A stretch of 64,000 bases of DNA, taken from positions 124,001-188,000 of the forward strand of contig JAYWIR010000015.1 of assembly GCA_036172245.1 (NCBI GenBank), written 5' to 3'. Under the pieces are notes generated by a model, which did not search any database, was not told the DNA's origin, and was given only the letters and a program-made list of their open reading frames with translations. Position numbers and translations under genes: made by a program. This document shows, one piece after another, positions 51,400 through 64,000 of this stretch. Each line of letters begins with the position of its first letter. Within the stretch, counting starts at the first letter, position 1. The stretch comes from Raillietiella orientalis (lineage: Eukaryota).

Positions 51400-54300
51400 G
51401 ACTTGCAGTTATTCAGTGCTGATGGTGAGGGTTCATAGTGCGCATCTGCCTGAGCTCAGGAAATCGTATCTTTGTGAGTGGAGGTTCCGGATTTCAAAAG
51501 AGAAGAAACATTCCCGAGGAAGAAGGTGCGGCTCAGGGAACACGAGGGGAGCGACGAACGGACGCTTGTTCGCCTTCCTCAAGCGGTCGCTTCGAAGGAA
51601 TCTATTGATAGCTCTAATTGGCCATAGAGCATTTCTGCTCCCGAGGATCAGCATCCACCAAAAGGGCACGAAAGTCGAAGTTCGGAAAAGGAGGATGAGG
51701 AGGACGCCAAATCCAAATGTACTGAGAATGGATCGACATGCCAACATCGTAGCGTGCACTGCAATCAAACCCAAGAAAACACTGCTAATAATGGCGACTA
51801 CTACAAACTTCCTGTCTGCTTTTAGCACACTACGCTTCATCCCGCAGACTACTTTACTAAGCATTAAATATTCATAACACAAGCGTTTCAATGCCGAAAT
51901 GAGGAAGCAGGCAAAGGGAATTGGGAACTCGTCATTCACTCATGCGTGGTTTAAGGTGAGTTTACTCACGTTATAGCTCGAGGGAATGAGAAGTGCCACA
52001 CGAAATTTATATTAATGAAAATTATATACGTTGCACATGCCTTAATGGATGTTGGAGGAAATGGTTCACGAGTCATCAACTTGTAAAGAAACACCCCTGC
52101 CTCTCGTCTTCAGCCCAGGGTTTGCAACAAGACTTTCCCTAACCAAGCGGGAGGAGTCCAGATGCAGGTCTCGAGATCTGCAAACAGCTGACTGTCGGAT
52201 GTTCCCACCTCGTTGACGCTGAGGTAGCCATCTTAGCTGCTTAGAGTCACTCGTAACGACGGAGGCAATATTTACGCGAATGCTGCGGGAACATTTGTGG
52301 AAAAGGATCGATATTACCGTGAGAGGAAACCGGAGTGTTCTGGGAAAAAATCTCGTAACCAAGGAGGAGGAAGCCATGTACTCTGCTCGTGTGGAATCCT
52401 GGCAAGGCAAGCACATCTCTCATCAGAGTAGGGAACTGCCAACTTTCACAAAAGAATGCAGTGGAGCAGAGTGAACCTTGCTACTATAGACAATTGAGTC
52501 CTAGAATCACTGAGCAGGTTTTCCTATCTTATTTCTTCTTGTGCTGGCACTTAGAAACCATCAAGAGCAAAGGAACTCTCGCAATCCATTTTCTCTTCGA
52601 GTTCTGAGATTTTCAGGAGCAGTTTGAAAATTTCAGTTTCCTTTCAGGACCCGAATTCTGAAGATGGAAATGGAGCGAAACGTAAAAAAGTAAGCAGTCT
52701 AGAGGAACGTTCTTGGAAGAGCGGGCTTGTTCCATTTTGGGCAAACCGAAACTCATGCCAGTTTGCATCAGCAAGTGATCTTTGTGTGATCTCTGTGCCA
52801 GCAGCAAGAGAGACGGGAGAGGGGGGGAGGGGACCAAAAAACGCTTCGAATTCTATTCGATAAGAAGCCTGCGAGAGTTTCAGATGCTCCAGAATTCTGC
52901 TCATCTTAAAGGCAGGTTAGCTGTCGATTAGTTTTCTGAATGTGGATCGCTTCTGCATCTCACAGCGCGACACATCCAGATTCGAATTCCAGAATTCGGA
53001 TTTCCTTTCTACTGAGGATGGATTATTCTTCGATTTGAAGTTTCCGCATTCTTCTGAAATATTGCCTGCGTGAATCATCCGCAGGAAGATCACTTACGGG
53101 AGGAATGTCGTTGTGCAAGATCTTTTAATCATAAGTTTGCATCGGTTCGTAAGCGGGAGAGAAACCCTTGGCTTCCACCAATGCTGATGCAGTTGTCACA
53201 TGCCGCAGCACAGCACTCTGCATACGTGGACCAAGTTTCATTAAGAAGAAAGCCCGATGATAAAATTCTCAAAGTGCGAGACTGCATTATCCTCTTCCGT
53301 CTCTCCAAATCATGGAAGTCATGGTAATACATCAGTTTTCGCAGCAACTAGAAGCACAGCTCCGTGGATCCAGAGATGCAGTTCTAATTAAAAGTTACAG
53401 CATAGTGCGGGCGAGTTCCGAATTCTCTCGTCTGAAAACCATTAGGAATTGGAAAAAAGGATCTCGCCAATTCCGTCTCATTTGCTGCAGATTGACATTC
53501 AGTTTCAATCCACGAGGATTTGTTTAGAGCGTTCCCGAGGAAATTCCCACTAGCTGTCAGGAAATAGATGGTAAAGGTTCTTTTTTTTTTTTTTGCCTTT
53601 AAGTATACTGGAAAATGCGAAAGCAGAAGAGAGAAGTTCCAGGTTTCCTAAATGATTTCAAATAAAAAGGCTATCTTACGCAGGTTCCCTCATGGTATTC
53701 TTCTACATTACCACTACGAACCGTCCAAGAAGTCTTGCATTCTGAAGTGTTCAGAAGTCGCAATAATAATGGAAATGAGTTTGCTCTTATGGGTCAATCA
53801 GGGTGCAGATAGAAATATTCGACCAACGAAAACTTGGTTGCTTTGTGGCTTGGATGTGTGAAATTCTTCTTTTTCAATGGCTCTTCATGTCTGAAGATGA
53901 AACTCTTAGTGTGGTCACTATGGAAATGTCAACATACTCTCATCGTTAAACAGAAATAAAAAGAAAAAGAAATTGCCCACAGGCACTTTAAAACACCCAT
54001 GCGCCGCTTCCGTACAAGTTGCATCTCAGATGCAATCAAGCACTGCTCATTCATGCTAGCAAAACTCATTCGTTTCCATGTGATTCAAGGAACTCAATGA
54101 GGAGTAGTTATCTCATTTGCGGTAGTGACGTCTTTGGCCAATAAATCTCTGGATTGCTGAGCACAATCTATCCTCGAGGACAGAACTTTCTTCGAGGAGT
54201 GATAGCAATCCGTTGGCGCTCTCTGAACTCGGCGAGGAGAAGATTCAAGTTTTCTCTCTCTCAGAAGAATGTCTTTCCCCCCCAGCGTGCTCGACCAGTT

Positions 54301-54700
54301 GTGTTTCCTATGGAAGAGCAATTTCAAGTCGAACAGTTTCATTTAGATTTGCACTTGGCTCCTCTCAGGGTGCTGCTTCAGTTCAACCATCGCAATTCGA
54401 ATCGGAGGAAAACCTCTCCTTGTTCTTTTCAGCTTGATCCGTAGAATTTGGAAAAGCTCTTGCAGCTTTCGCTGAGCTCGGATCACCTGTTCCTGCAAAC
54501 CGGAAGAGAGCTGAAAAGGAGACCATCCGGCTAGCGATCAACTTTGAGGCATCCTAACCGATAGTGTGCCAGACCTCGTGACGAATGCATAACCAAGACA
54601 TACTGTCGAGGACGATGGCGAAGAAGGACTCACAACGTGGCGGATTAGGCGAGCGGTGGCATCGCCACTGGCCCACCTGAGCGAGCCCCAAAGTTCGTTG
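51400..54700 (+). mobile_element. Decayed LINE ORF2 (APE end, RT, post-RT)
   Basis: SAHLP...WRF (SDH..WRF-like, ~51440-51490), LVTKEEE...WQGK (~52350), SVRKR..PWLP (~53145), AYVDQV (53220-53237, YADD position) and CGLDV (~53845). Confidence 0.55.
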
Positions 54701-55319
54701 CAGAGTAAGCAAAGGGGGGAAGAAGCCACAAGTTTCTAAACGATTCAGGAGAGGTCAGAAATCATCTGCGTGGCAGAAATCGTCCCATCATGCAAATCGT
54801 CTGGAGTAAGCTGCTTTTACAGCCGGCTTACGCCAGTCCGAGGAAGCTGATGAATTGAAAAGGAAGGCGCTTTAAGAGGCAATCACCGTAGCACACGCCT
54901 ATTCGTATCCCTTTCGCTATCCGTAATCATGAGGTAAGTAATATGAAATAAGTGAAAACAGCCATTCACGATGCCTATTTCAAGGAAACGCATATGTGAG
55001 GGGGGAACCCTTTCGCCACGCAACAAAAGCTGATTTCCCTGCATTCAACCAGCCTACCACAAGTAGCCCCAGTTCGTAGCCCAGACGGCACTTTTTCGAA
55101 CGGGGAAAATTCACGGGAGAGTCCACTTGTTTGAGCTGCATAGCCACACTGGGCCACATGTGATCCGATAGGTTCTTGTGGACCACGATTCGAAAAGTTT
55201 GTGCGAACAAGAGAAGCAAGAAGAAATCAAGCTCCATGACTACAAATTCGATTTGGGGGTGATCACCTTTTTTCATTTTTTATTTTGGAATTCGTGTGTT
55301 TGGATGCGTTCCTTACGGC

Positions 55320-55870
55320 ATGGCTTCATTTCGGCTCGCTGAGTACCCGAGAACAGTAGTCTAGGGGCTCGTGACGCTCTTTAAGACGATCCACGCCACC
55401 CGAGGGTGCGTGCAACTCTTCAGGTTATAGGGGATAACCCCAGAAGGACCACACTGTGAGTCTAGGAAGGCTCCAGAAGGAGTCTGTTCCTCTTGCGCTT
55501 GGTAGAGAATCCTCAAGGAAACCTCTTCCTTATTCTCTTAAGAGGGACCCCCGTAGGGGGTTACTCTTTGCTTCTTCTCCGCTTGTTTCCTTCTCTGAAG
55601 AGAACCCTGAAGGGACGCTTCCAAATTCCTTCGAAAGGCGTTCCCCGAAGGAAGCAGCGCGCTTCTTTGCACTCTCAAGGAGTATGGATTCACCATCTCG
55701 ATGGTACGCGATGAAGGGTCCCCCTCCGAGGGTTGGTGGGAATGGCTGCGCTTTCACAACCGGAAGAGAGCTCCGAAGAACTCCGGCTCCTTGATTCGGA
55801 GTCAACTCCCAATTCCGGCCACTCGACGGGGGCTTCCACCAGTGTCGCACCCTGCTGGCCTGCGTGCCAG
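55320..55870 (-). mobile_element. SINE-like family A, long-form body
   Basis: Inverted CACCCTCGGGTGGCG at 55394-55408. Body collinear with 25260-25820. Confidence 0.75.
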
Positions 55871-56244
55871 ATCCCGGCAGGCTCCTTTTCGTATTCATAA
55901 ATAACGTGGCAGGATCAAACGTCCGGGTGTCAACCAGTGCCGCACCCTAGCAGCACTGTGCTGCATACGAGGGATCGTGGCGGCATGGAGCAACGCCACA
56001 GGAGGCCAGGACGACAGGGACGCCATTCTATTTTTCTGTGCACTTCATGAAGACAGCGTCAAGATGGCCTCATCTGAGAGTCTGGAAACAGGAACTTGCC
56101 GACATCCTTACAAGGATGCAGAGGACACCTCCAGCACACACAGTGATCCCTTTCCGAACCCCTCCATCTTTTGTCTGCATGTTTTGTTTTGTTTTTTTCC
56201 TTTTTGTTTGTCTCTCCTTCCCCTGTGCTGCCGAGACGAACTCC

Positions 56245-56535
56245 GCTGGCCTGCGTGCCAGTTTCCTAAAGATTCCTTCTCTTATTTATAAGTACGAGAA
56301 GGCTCCAGAGGAAACGTCCTGCCACAGACGTGCATGTTTATTTTTTTTATAAATAAACGCCCCGGCGTGACCAGTGGCGCACCCTAATAGGCCAACCAGC
56401 GCCACCCTGTGAGGGGAACTCGAAGCCAGCGACGCACCCATTTCTCTCGGAGTCGATCCTCCAGGTAGGGATTGGAACTCGCAACGTTCGGTACCGCGAG
56501 CGGAGGACGCACCCCCGCAGCCGCCGGCGTGGGCG
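56245..56535 (-). mobile_element. SINE-like family A head + core + A-rich module
   Basis: Degenerate B box AGTTCCAATCC (56479-56469), GAAATGGGTGCGTCG and GCTGGTTGGCC core, then GGGCGTTTATTTATAAAAAAAATAAA. Confidence 0.75.
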
Positions 56536-57599
56536 CGATACAACTCGACTCGTTCAATCGACATCAGTTCTGCATCTGGTTTCCAACGCAACCTGGAAGC
56601 AGACTGCCATGAAATCATGACCCGATCCAAAATGCTTTCTCGTGAACAATCGTTCTTTGTGAATATTTAAATATGTGGATGGGGGGGACGCTGCAAACGC
56701 AGACAGATAACTACTGCTTAAGTCATCGTAATTTTCTTGCTCTCATTGGTTGATTTGTATTGCTTATCGTTGAAACGGGCAGGTCTTCATCTTCATTCCA
56801 TGGGGATGTCAACAAACCTGATGGGAAACTCTCATCATCCATCAATGGTGGCAGTTTGTCTCGAAGCCACACTAATGCCATGGGAATTTGAAAGATGATC
56901 TATTTGGCAGCAAGAGATTCGTGTCGAACACATCTGTGTAAGTGTTCTAATTCCAAGCACTACGAACGAAATTCCCACGCTTGCTTATGTATGATCGATG
57001 CAAATTTCGCGATTAAATTGGAGGGGGTGGGGAAGATGGGAAGGGGGAATGAAAGAGGGATCACACTTACTTACCAGTGTATGCATTGAATCAGAACTGA
57101 GACGAGAAGATGGAGGAAACGAAAGTCTCTGACGGTGTGCATACCTTTATTTCAGCTGTCAGATGGAGTTTCATATCAAATTAGGATGAATTGCAGCTTC
57201 CGAAGTTTTGTAAGTGTGAACCTTTTAAGCGAACAAATTATAGATTCACCCACTTTAAAAATGTGCGCGCCAATTCTCTCTCGCGCGAATAAATTCATTT
57301 CTTGCATTTCGCCTTATGCGTCGGAGGCTGTTACACGAATGGGCCTCTGAACGCTTTCCATAAGATCGACACGCTCTTTAAAGAGATCGGAACTTGAAAT
57401 TGATCGTTTCATCCTTGGTTATCGAGGAGGAATTCTTGTGCAGCGCCGTGATGGCTAGGCTGGAAGAAGAAGGAGGGGGAGGAAAAAAAATCAAACAAAA
57501 AGCAATCGAAACTGCTTTAATTACTTGGGTACTTTTCTTCCTATTCTGAAGAATCGGATGAATCTTCTCCGATACCCCAATTTATGATCCTGCCGGTTT

Positions 57600-60500
57600 T
57601 TTTTTGGTCACAACGCTCATGGCTTCATCCGCTGGCTTTCAGTTCAGCAGGAAGCCGAGTTGGAAACGGATCGCCGATCACTCTACGGACAACTGATCTT
57701 AGGCTGGGAGACGGAAGCGAGTTCGATCATGACCTTCGTTTGAGACGGGGAAGGAAGCAAAGGCTCAATCTGAGCCTCCATTTGTTTTTTCAGATGCAGT
57801 TTGTTTGAAGGAGCGCAAGATGCATTCCTAAGGAGTGAGAATCAAGCGGAGGAATCGTTTGAGAAAGGAAGTTTGCGCAGCTCACACGCAGATGAGATGC
57901 TGCGAAAGGAGGCAGAGCCTTCGAAACGCATTCGTTCCTACTGACGGCATCTTCTGCCGATGCTCCCCAATGATGATCCGAAGATAATTTGAGCAGGCTC
58001 CGGATGAGAATTGCTATCCATGCCAATCAAGTGTCCCTGGAACCTGGAGACCAAACTTTTCAGAACTTTTCTTCTTAGATGTGGTGATGAGCATCGGCAC
58101 AGGCTGCTTTTAATTGCCACCGAGTATCCAACGACACTTTTTCACGCTTGTCAGCTTCTCCGTCCGCTTCCACTGCACATCAAGAGAGGAAGAAAGTTTC
58201 TTGATGAAAACCACCTCCTGATGTTGCTGCTGCTGCTTAACAGAGTTGCAACGTTGCTGGGGAGCCTTCCGAAGAAGGAAGACGGGATGAAATCTTTCCA
58301 GAAGGGAAGCGATCGATGAGGTAACCATCCAGGTACAGTGAAACTAGGGAAAAAACTTATCTTTTCTATTCTGGAGGTTTTTCTTGAGACTAAAGGGAAT
58401 GCTAACTTGAGAATCAGAATATAATGCAAATCTTTCACTATCATTCTTCGCGAAGTCTTCGAAACTCCTTTGTTCTGGGAAGACTCCATATCGCGTCAAG
58501 ACGAAAGGGGCATTAACTTTTATGAAGTATTTTTGAAATATGGTTTCTCTTTCTTAACTTTTGCCTCCAACATACCTTGAAACCAACCAACTTTGGATCA
58601 AACTGCTCTTGAATAGAGTCACTGCGTTCCGTAGCGCCCTCGTCCATATTTACTTTCACATTTCCAATATGGTGGAATCGAAAAGCCTGCTGTGCTTTGG
58701 ATCCCTCCTCAAACGATGCACCAATTCTCCTCCGGGAGAATGCTGCAAAACGTCGATTTTCGCACCCTCCCATACGGCTGGTTCCATGGCAACCTGGACG
58801 CAAACGAGAGACCACAGAGGAATGCACGCCGAATGTCCACAGCTTCCATTTTCCCCATGGTTTCTGAATGTTTCTCGCATCGGAAAACCCATCAGGTTTT
58901 CACACTGGCATTTCCATCGGGATCCGTTCGTCTTCCCAGGTCTAAAAAGCTTAATTTAATTTTATTTTTTTTGACTGCAGGCTGCGTCCTCATTACCGTT
59001 ACCGTTTACTCTCCAAGAAACACAAGGGTCACACCTTTTCACAATCTATTTTCTATACAAATGAGGTGACGAATGAAATCGAGATCATTCCAACGGGACG
59101 AGAAGTGGTTTGAATCCGTTTCGAAACGGAAGAGAAAGACTCCTTTCGGGCAACCTGTGATTTTCATCTAAGACGCGTTTTCGGCGCTACACAAGTAGAA
59201 GAAGCTGCATTCAAGGGAGTCAGCAAGTAGAATCCTCTGAAAGGGGAAAACAAAAGCAACCTGAGTCAATGAAGAGGGAGTAGTCGATAATTCCAAGTGA
59301 TAGTGTAGATAAGCTGCTCGAACACATGACCACAAAGGGGTGCCGTCGGGGAAGTGAACACGTTTGCGTAAGTGTTCCTGGTTTCAAGCAATACGAAGGT
59401 AATTCCCAGTTTTTTTTTTTCCATTCGTGACCGCTGCAGATTCTGCGTCTAGATAGAGGAGGGGGGGAAGGGGGAAATGCAAGAGAAACCAGACTTGCCC
59501 GCTGGTGTCTCCTTTTTTTAGAACTGGAAAAGGTATCATCCATGAGTGCATCTATAGTAGGAGAGCGTTCTTTCCATGATTTGAGGCATCAGAAAATGAG
59601 CTCTTCCTTCCGATCTGTAAGCTTGGGCGGATATGATACCCCAAAATTGCATTCTTCAGCAGAACATTTTTGGAAAAGGACGATGCTCCTAAAAACTCTG
59701 AAAAGATAGCAAGTCCTCTTTCATCTTATCAGGATGATTTACAAGATGGAAATTATTGCTGCTCTTTGTTGCCTCTGTACTTTCCTTTATGCCTGATTTC
59801 CTTGAAAAATATTAGGTTGCCTTATTCTTGGTCTTTCATGACAAGTTTTCCGACTCATAACCAGATTGGCGGATGGTTTCAAGTTCTGTGTGGGTTCTCC
59901 TCATTTTGACCTGTTTTTTTTTTTTCCTTCTTCTTCTTCTCCCTCGCCACCCGGAATTCCCTTCTTCCTGGAAAGTAACTCAACGAAACTTTCAAATCCA
60001 TCTTGGATGCCGACTCTTAGAGGGACGATACCAATGCTCATTGGGTGTGCAGTTTCCCTGAGAGTAACCCTGAGCGATGTTATCGATTGCTCGGTTTCGA
60101 GATCAGGAATTTTCAACAGCCGTCTTTCCTGGCCCGTGACGTTCAGCATGAAGGGACAGACGATGGTCTGAATTTGGACAGGAATAAGTGGGTTTGCGAG
60201 CTCTTTGTTGGCACTCCCCAAATTTTCGTATTTGCAAGGCAAAAATGCTGCCGTTCACCTATTTTGCATACTAGTTTAATTAATGATAATTTCTATTTAA
60301 TAAGTCCTACGAATTTCGATCTGTTTCCTCTTTCTCGAAGGACAACATCAACTTGAGGTTCTCTTTAGTGTCAGCTTTTTGGAAGTAGGTCATCCGGTTC
60401 TTCCTGCAAATATTTTCGGCTCCAATTTTTTTTTTTTTTGGATTACGTTAACCATCTCTGCAGGAATGATCCTTTCAAGAAAATCAGAACGCGGGACTCT

Positions 60501-61800
60501 CGTGTGTGTTCCCTCTGAACATTCCCGCTTGGAGTTCCTTGGAATTCGGACTTTCAAGGCAGAGCACAAATTATACGAGGTAGTGATTTCTTTGTTCTGG
60601 ACCAATGGGAATCCATCCAATTCTTGTCGGACCGACATTTACCGGGAACCAGCATACGTGTAGGTACTACGAGAAGCATAGCAACAGGATTGAAACCATC
60701 CCTCCGTGGGTTTCATGCTAACAAGCTGCTCATTTTTCATTCAGTGAGCATTTTGCCGCGATACGAAGTCAATTGCAAATCGCCTGATGCTGCTCTTTCA
60801 TCTCTTTATTGAGTTTCCGAGGCACCTGGTTTCTGGGTGTTTTTTTTTTTTTGTGTAGTTCGGTCTCCATGTAATCCCCATGTAGTCTCCATTCTTCCTT
60901 CTGTGTTAGTGAAGCATGGAGAGGCAATTCGTGAAGAATTTCGCGAAATCTGTCCCATGTTCCTCTTGCTAATGGAACGTGTCTTTTTCAGGCGCCATGG
61001 AATCAGGAAGTGAAACTGCAGGTTTTGCGATCCCAGAGAAAGACGGATCAGGCTTTCCGGAATATCCGTCAGCCCTCTGTGATGTGAGTGCGGGTACGTT
61101 TCGGCAGCACCTGGACTTCTGAGCAGTGAGCTCATCTTCTAGGTCAGCAATCCTTGCTCTGAGTCGGCTTGCTCACGGGATGCTCACATTTATTTTAGAG
61201 CCTTTTTGTCCTCACTGATGGCCATCCGGACGCTTTATTGAGCAGTTTGTCGCGCAGTCATGAGTTTATAAATGCCACCGCAACCAATGTTTGAAAGCAG
61301 AATGCATTTGTCCGTCTTTCAACAGAGAACACTCTGTCCTCTGTTCAGGATAACTTGAACCTTGGCAGAAACACGCCAGAAAAGCAAAAAATTCTTCCGC
61401 TCTTCTTCTCAACCGATGTGAATTCTGCAAGCCGACGAAGAGGAAGATGTTCATTTGTGCTTAGCACTTAGGATGCAGCAAATCCTTGTGAAATTCCAGC
61501 CATCCGTGTCTCTTGCTTAGGTTTTCAACTCGTTCTTTCAGCCGATCCTCCCATGAAGGATGATGACTACTAACAGAAAAGGCTCTGAACTTGAAAGTCC
61601 GACCTAAACGTCTTCCCTGATTCGCCAGCGTTTCAAGCTAGCAGACGATCCGAATGATTTGATGGAAACGCCGCCTTCGCATTCGGTACTTGGGATACAT
61701 TTGTGGCGTTGCTTCTTTATATTTCTTCTTCGTATTCGAACTTTCGCAAATGTTAGAATAATAACACATCCTGGTTAGAAGGGCATTTGAATAGGTGAAG
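57600..61800 (-). mobile_element. Decayed L1/Tx1-like LINE ORF2, roughly full span
   Basis: In order on the minus strand: IRIVC*LET (DIVCLQET-like, ~61640), PWRL (~60995), MSIGIVPL..IQDG (~60030), AQAY (~59620), MGFP (~58890), SRLRPGC (RGLRQGC-like, ~58800) and TVPGWLP (YLGxP-like, ~58330). Confidence 0.6.
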
Positions 61801-62859
61801 CGCTTGAAACTAGCAAACATTCATTTCATCCAATTGAGTTTCTCCATCTTCGTGAAATAAGCACCAGAAGATGGATTGATGCAGCATCCATTTATCAAGA
61901 TGGTATCGTGAAGGAAAATCAATTCAAATTTTCTTAAAAGCAAGGCTCCTTCGCAATTAATCAGGGGAACGATAAAAAAAAAAAAATCCAAGAGTAAATC
62001 CAGGCCGTGATATCATCTGTGAAATGTGAAAACGCTCTTGTTTACACGTATCAAAAACATCGCTTGAAATTAAGAAACTCAGAGATCACTGATACCATCC
62101 GAAGAGCATTTCGGAAATTCTCCAGTAGCTGCAAACTTTCCCAGGGATTTACATTTGCAAGACGGTTGCACGTAAAAATTGATAAACGGTAAAAAAATGC
62201 TGTATTTGTAGCGTTTGTTCAGAGAAGGAAAGAAACAGAACAGAGGATTCTGCGTGTAACCGACTCAAAAGTTCGTCACGCTTACAGGCTGATGGCTGCA
62301 AAGGAAGTGAGCTGATTTTTCGTTTCGCTCAAAGTGCAACTAGAGCTTCTACGAGAGTCCAAAGCTAAGGAAGCATTCTACGATTCCATTTTCGACATTC
62401 TTCCAGCCTATAACATTTGACCTTTGAACAGTCTTCGCATAAAACCCCACATATCTTCTATCTCCTGTGGTCACAACACAGTGGTGACGTTGGATCAGAA
62501 AGACAAAATGGGGTCTAATAAAAAAAAAAAAAAAATACGTTGCATCTATTCGTGAATATTTTCACAAGTCAGAGAACCAAAATTTGCATATCCACAGTCT
62601 TGACAAGCCAAAAACGGAAATACTTGAGGTGATTTCTCTGTAGACTTGAATCATCTCTTTGATGCGTTCGAGGCTTGCTTCTCAAGTGCGAAGAACGTCC
62701 AAGTTCAAAGGAGGAATGTATGTCTTTATATGATTATAAAAAAAAATACATAACATTACACAATGCACAATAATTAAGACCTGCGAGTCCTACATTTCTT
62801 TTCCAGGAAGGAAGAGGACACATGTAAACGAGTAAGTAAAATGTAATGAAGGAAGGTTA

Positions 62860-64000
62860 CACACAACGAAGGCCAGTAGAGTGAATCCATAGTTTAGAAT
62901 AGCAACTGTGATTGTACCACGAGTGTTGAACGGATTGGTGCTCTGAGTGTAGGGTGGACTTTCCGTGTTCTCTCTTCGTATATTAGAATGTGCATATTTA
63001 GTAGATGCTTGGATCCATGATTCTAATAACTTCCTAGTGCCTTGATCATTACTGTTATCGGAATCTAAAGTTTCTATCGGAATTACTGAAGAATGTGTTG
63101 CGAGAAATTATATACTTCCGGTTCGAATGCCATCATGCACCATCGGAGGAATGTTCCAGGAGCGCCTCGAGTTCTGAACCAATCACTTCATAAGCATTTT
63201 CAATCTCGAACACCCGGAATTGTCGCTGGAAGCAATCGATGGAGGAACCTGGTCAAACAGTGGGCCGCTCGTGACAGCGGCCACCCCTCTGTGTGCTTAC
63301 CACACCAAGTCGTGCATTTATGAGGACGCTTCTCCAGTAAACAGGGCCACACAGTTTTGAGGTCAAGAACGTAAATTCCTGTGGACGGACCCAGGATATC
63401 GGCTCCAACCCGCAGCGGTGAATCCATTCAACAAATCCTCCGCCTCCTACTCCTGGACGCCCATCGTGAGCCGGCTCCTCAATAACGGGCAAAGCTGCAC
63501 TGACAAAGGGGATGGTGGGAGACATGGAAAATACCCCCCTTACATTGTCCCAAACATTCTAGAAAGAGATCAGTCCATTGCTGGTTAAAAGTAATGCACT
63601 CGATGTTGAAATAGGAAAAGAATTCTTCAACTAATTGTCTATTACCATTATAAAGTGAAAAGAGATGGAATATGGGTCGAACGTTTGAGTGGAAATTCGG
63701 TTCCGAATTCCACCTACTTAGCATCGTGGCAGGACCGAGCGAACCATTTTTGCCCATGCATCCCTAGTGCCTATGGGACTTTCTTCGCTGGCCATCTGGA
63801 CCGGGTAGATTTTTTTTATAAAGGTCATCAGTAAATCTCCGGAAAAATGGATCTCCAAAAGATGTAACCTCGGTCGTGTGCAGTACTTCCTCGTCTTACA
63901 CCGGCAATGTCAGCCTCACGTGTACCATCCAAACAAGCAGGCTTCCAGGAATCCGGACAATGCGACCATTGCAGATGCCGTGCTGGTCTTCGAGTTGCAA
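62860..64000 (-). mobile_element. LTR-retrotransposon-type (Ty3/gypsy-like) integrase remnant, probably continuing past the window edge
   Basis: In order: HHCC-like segment ending CLGQC, LPVIEEP, WFRTRGAPGTFL (FxRxGxPxxIxSD-like) and SPPYTQSTN (xPYHPQxNG-like). Multiple stops. Confidence 0.55.

Noticed and set aside
51433..51939. 168-aa hydrophobic ORF as a membrane protein
   Set aside because: It is antisense to a Lys/Arg-rich LINE ORF2 remnant (SAHLP..WRF), so the hydrophobicity is probably a shadow of that strand.
1..64000. CRISPR array, rRNA, prokaryotic operons or telomeric repeats
   Set aside because: No regularly spaced repeat-spacer array, no rRNA signatures and no dense coding were seen; the organisation is eukaryotic repeat DNA.

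Overview
This window is eukaryotic, repeat-dominated DNA with no credible intact host gene; the host cannot be identified from the sequence. Most of it is heavily decayed non-LTR (L1/Tx1-like APE-RT) retrotransposon fragments on both strands. It also has an LTR-type integrase remnant at the right end, a tRNA-headed SINE-like family, an AT-rich foldback and microsatellites. The main signal is a ~1.6 kb endogenous CRESS (circular Rep-encoding ssDNA) virus-like element at 32310-33926. It carries a frameshifted but full-length Rep (HUH endonuclease plus SF3 helicase), a perfect 24-bp palindromic origin with a TAATATTAA(C) core, a TATA box, iteron-like repeats and a convergent capsid-like C-terminal fragment, and it is bounded by 8-bp direct repeats. 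It lies inside one copy of a locally duplicated, inverted repeat module whose other copy (20036-21450) lacks the viral segment. All protein-family calls come from reading motifs by eye; no database search was run.
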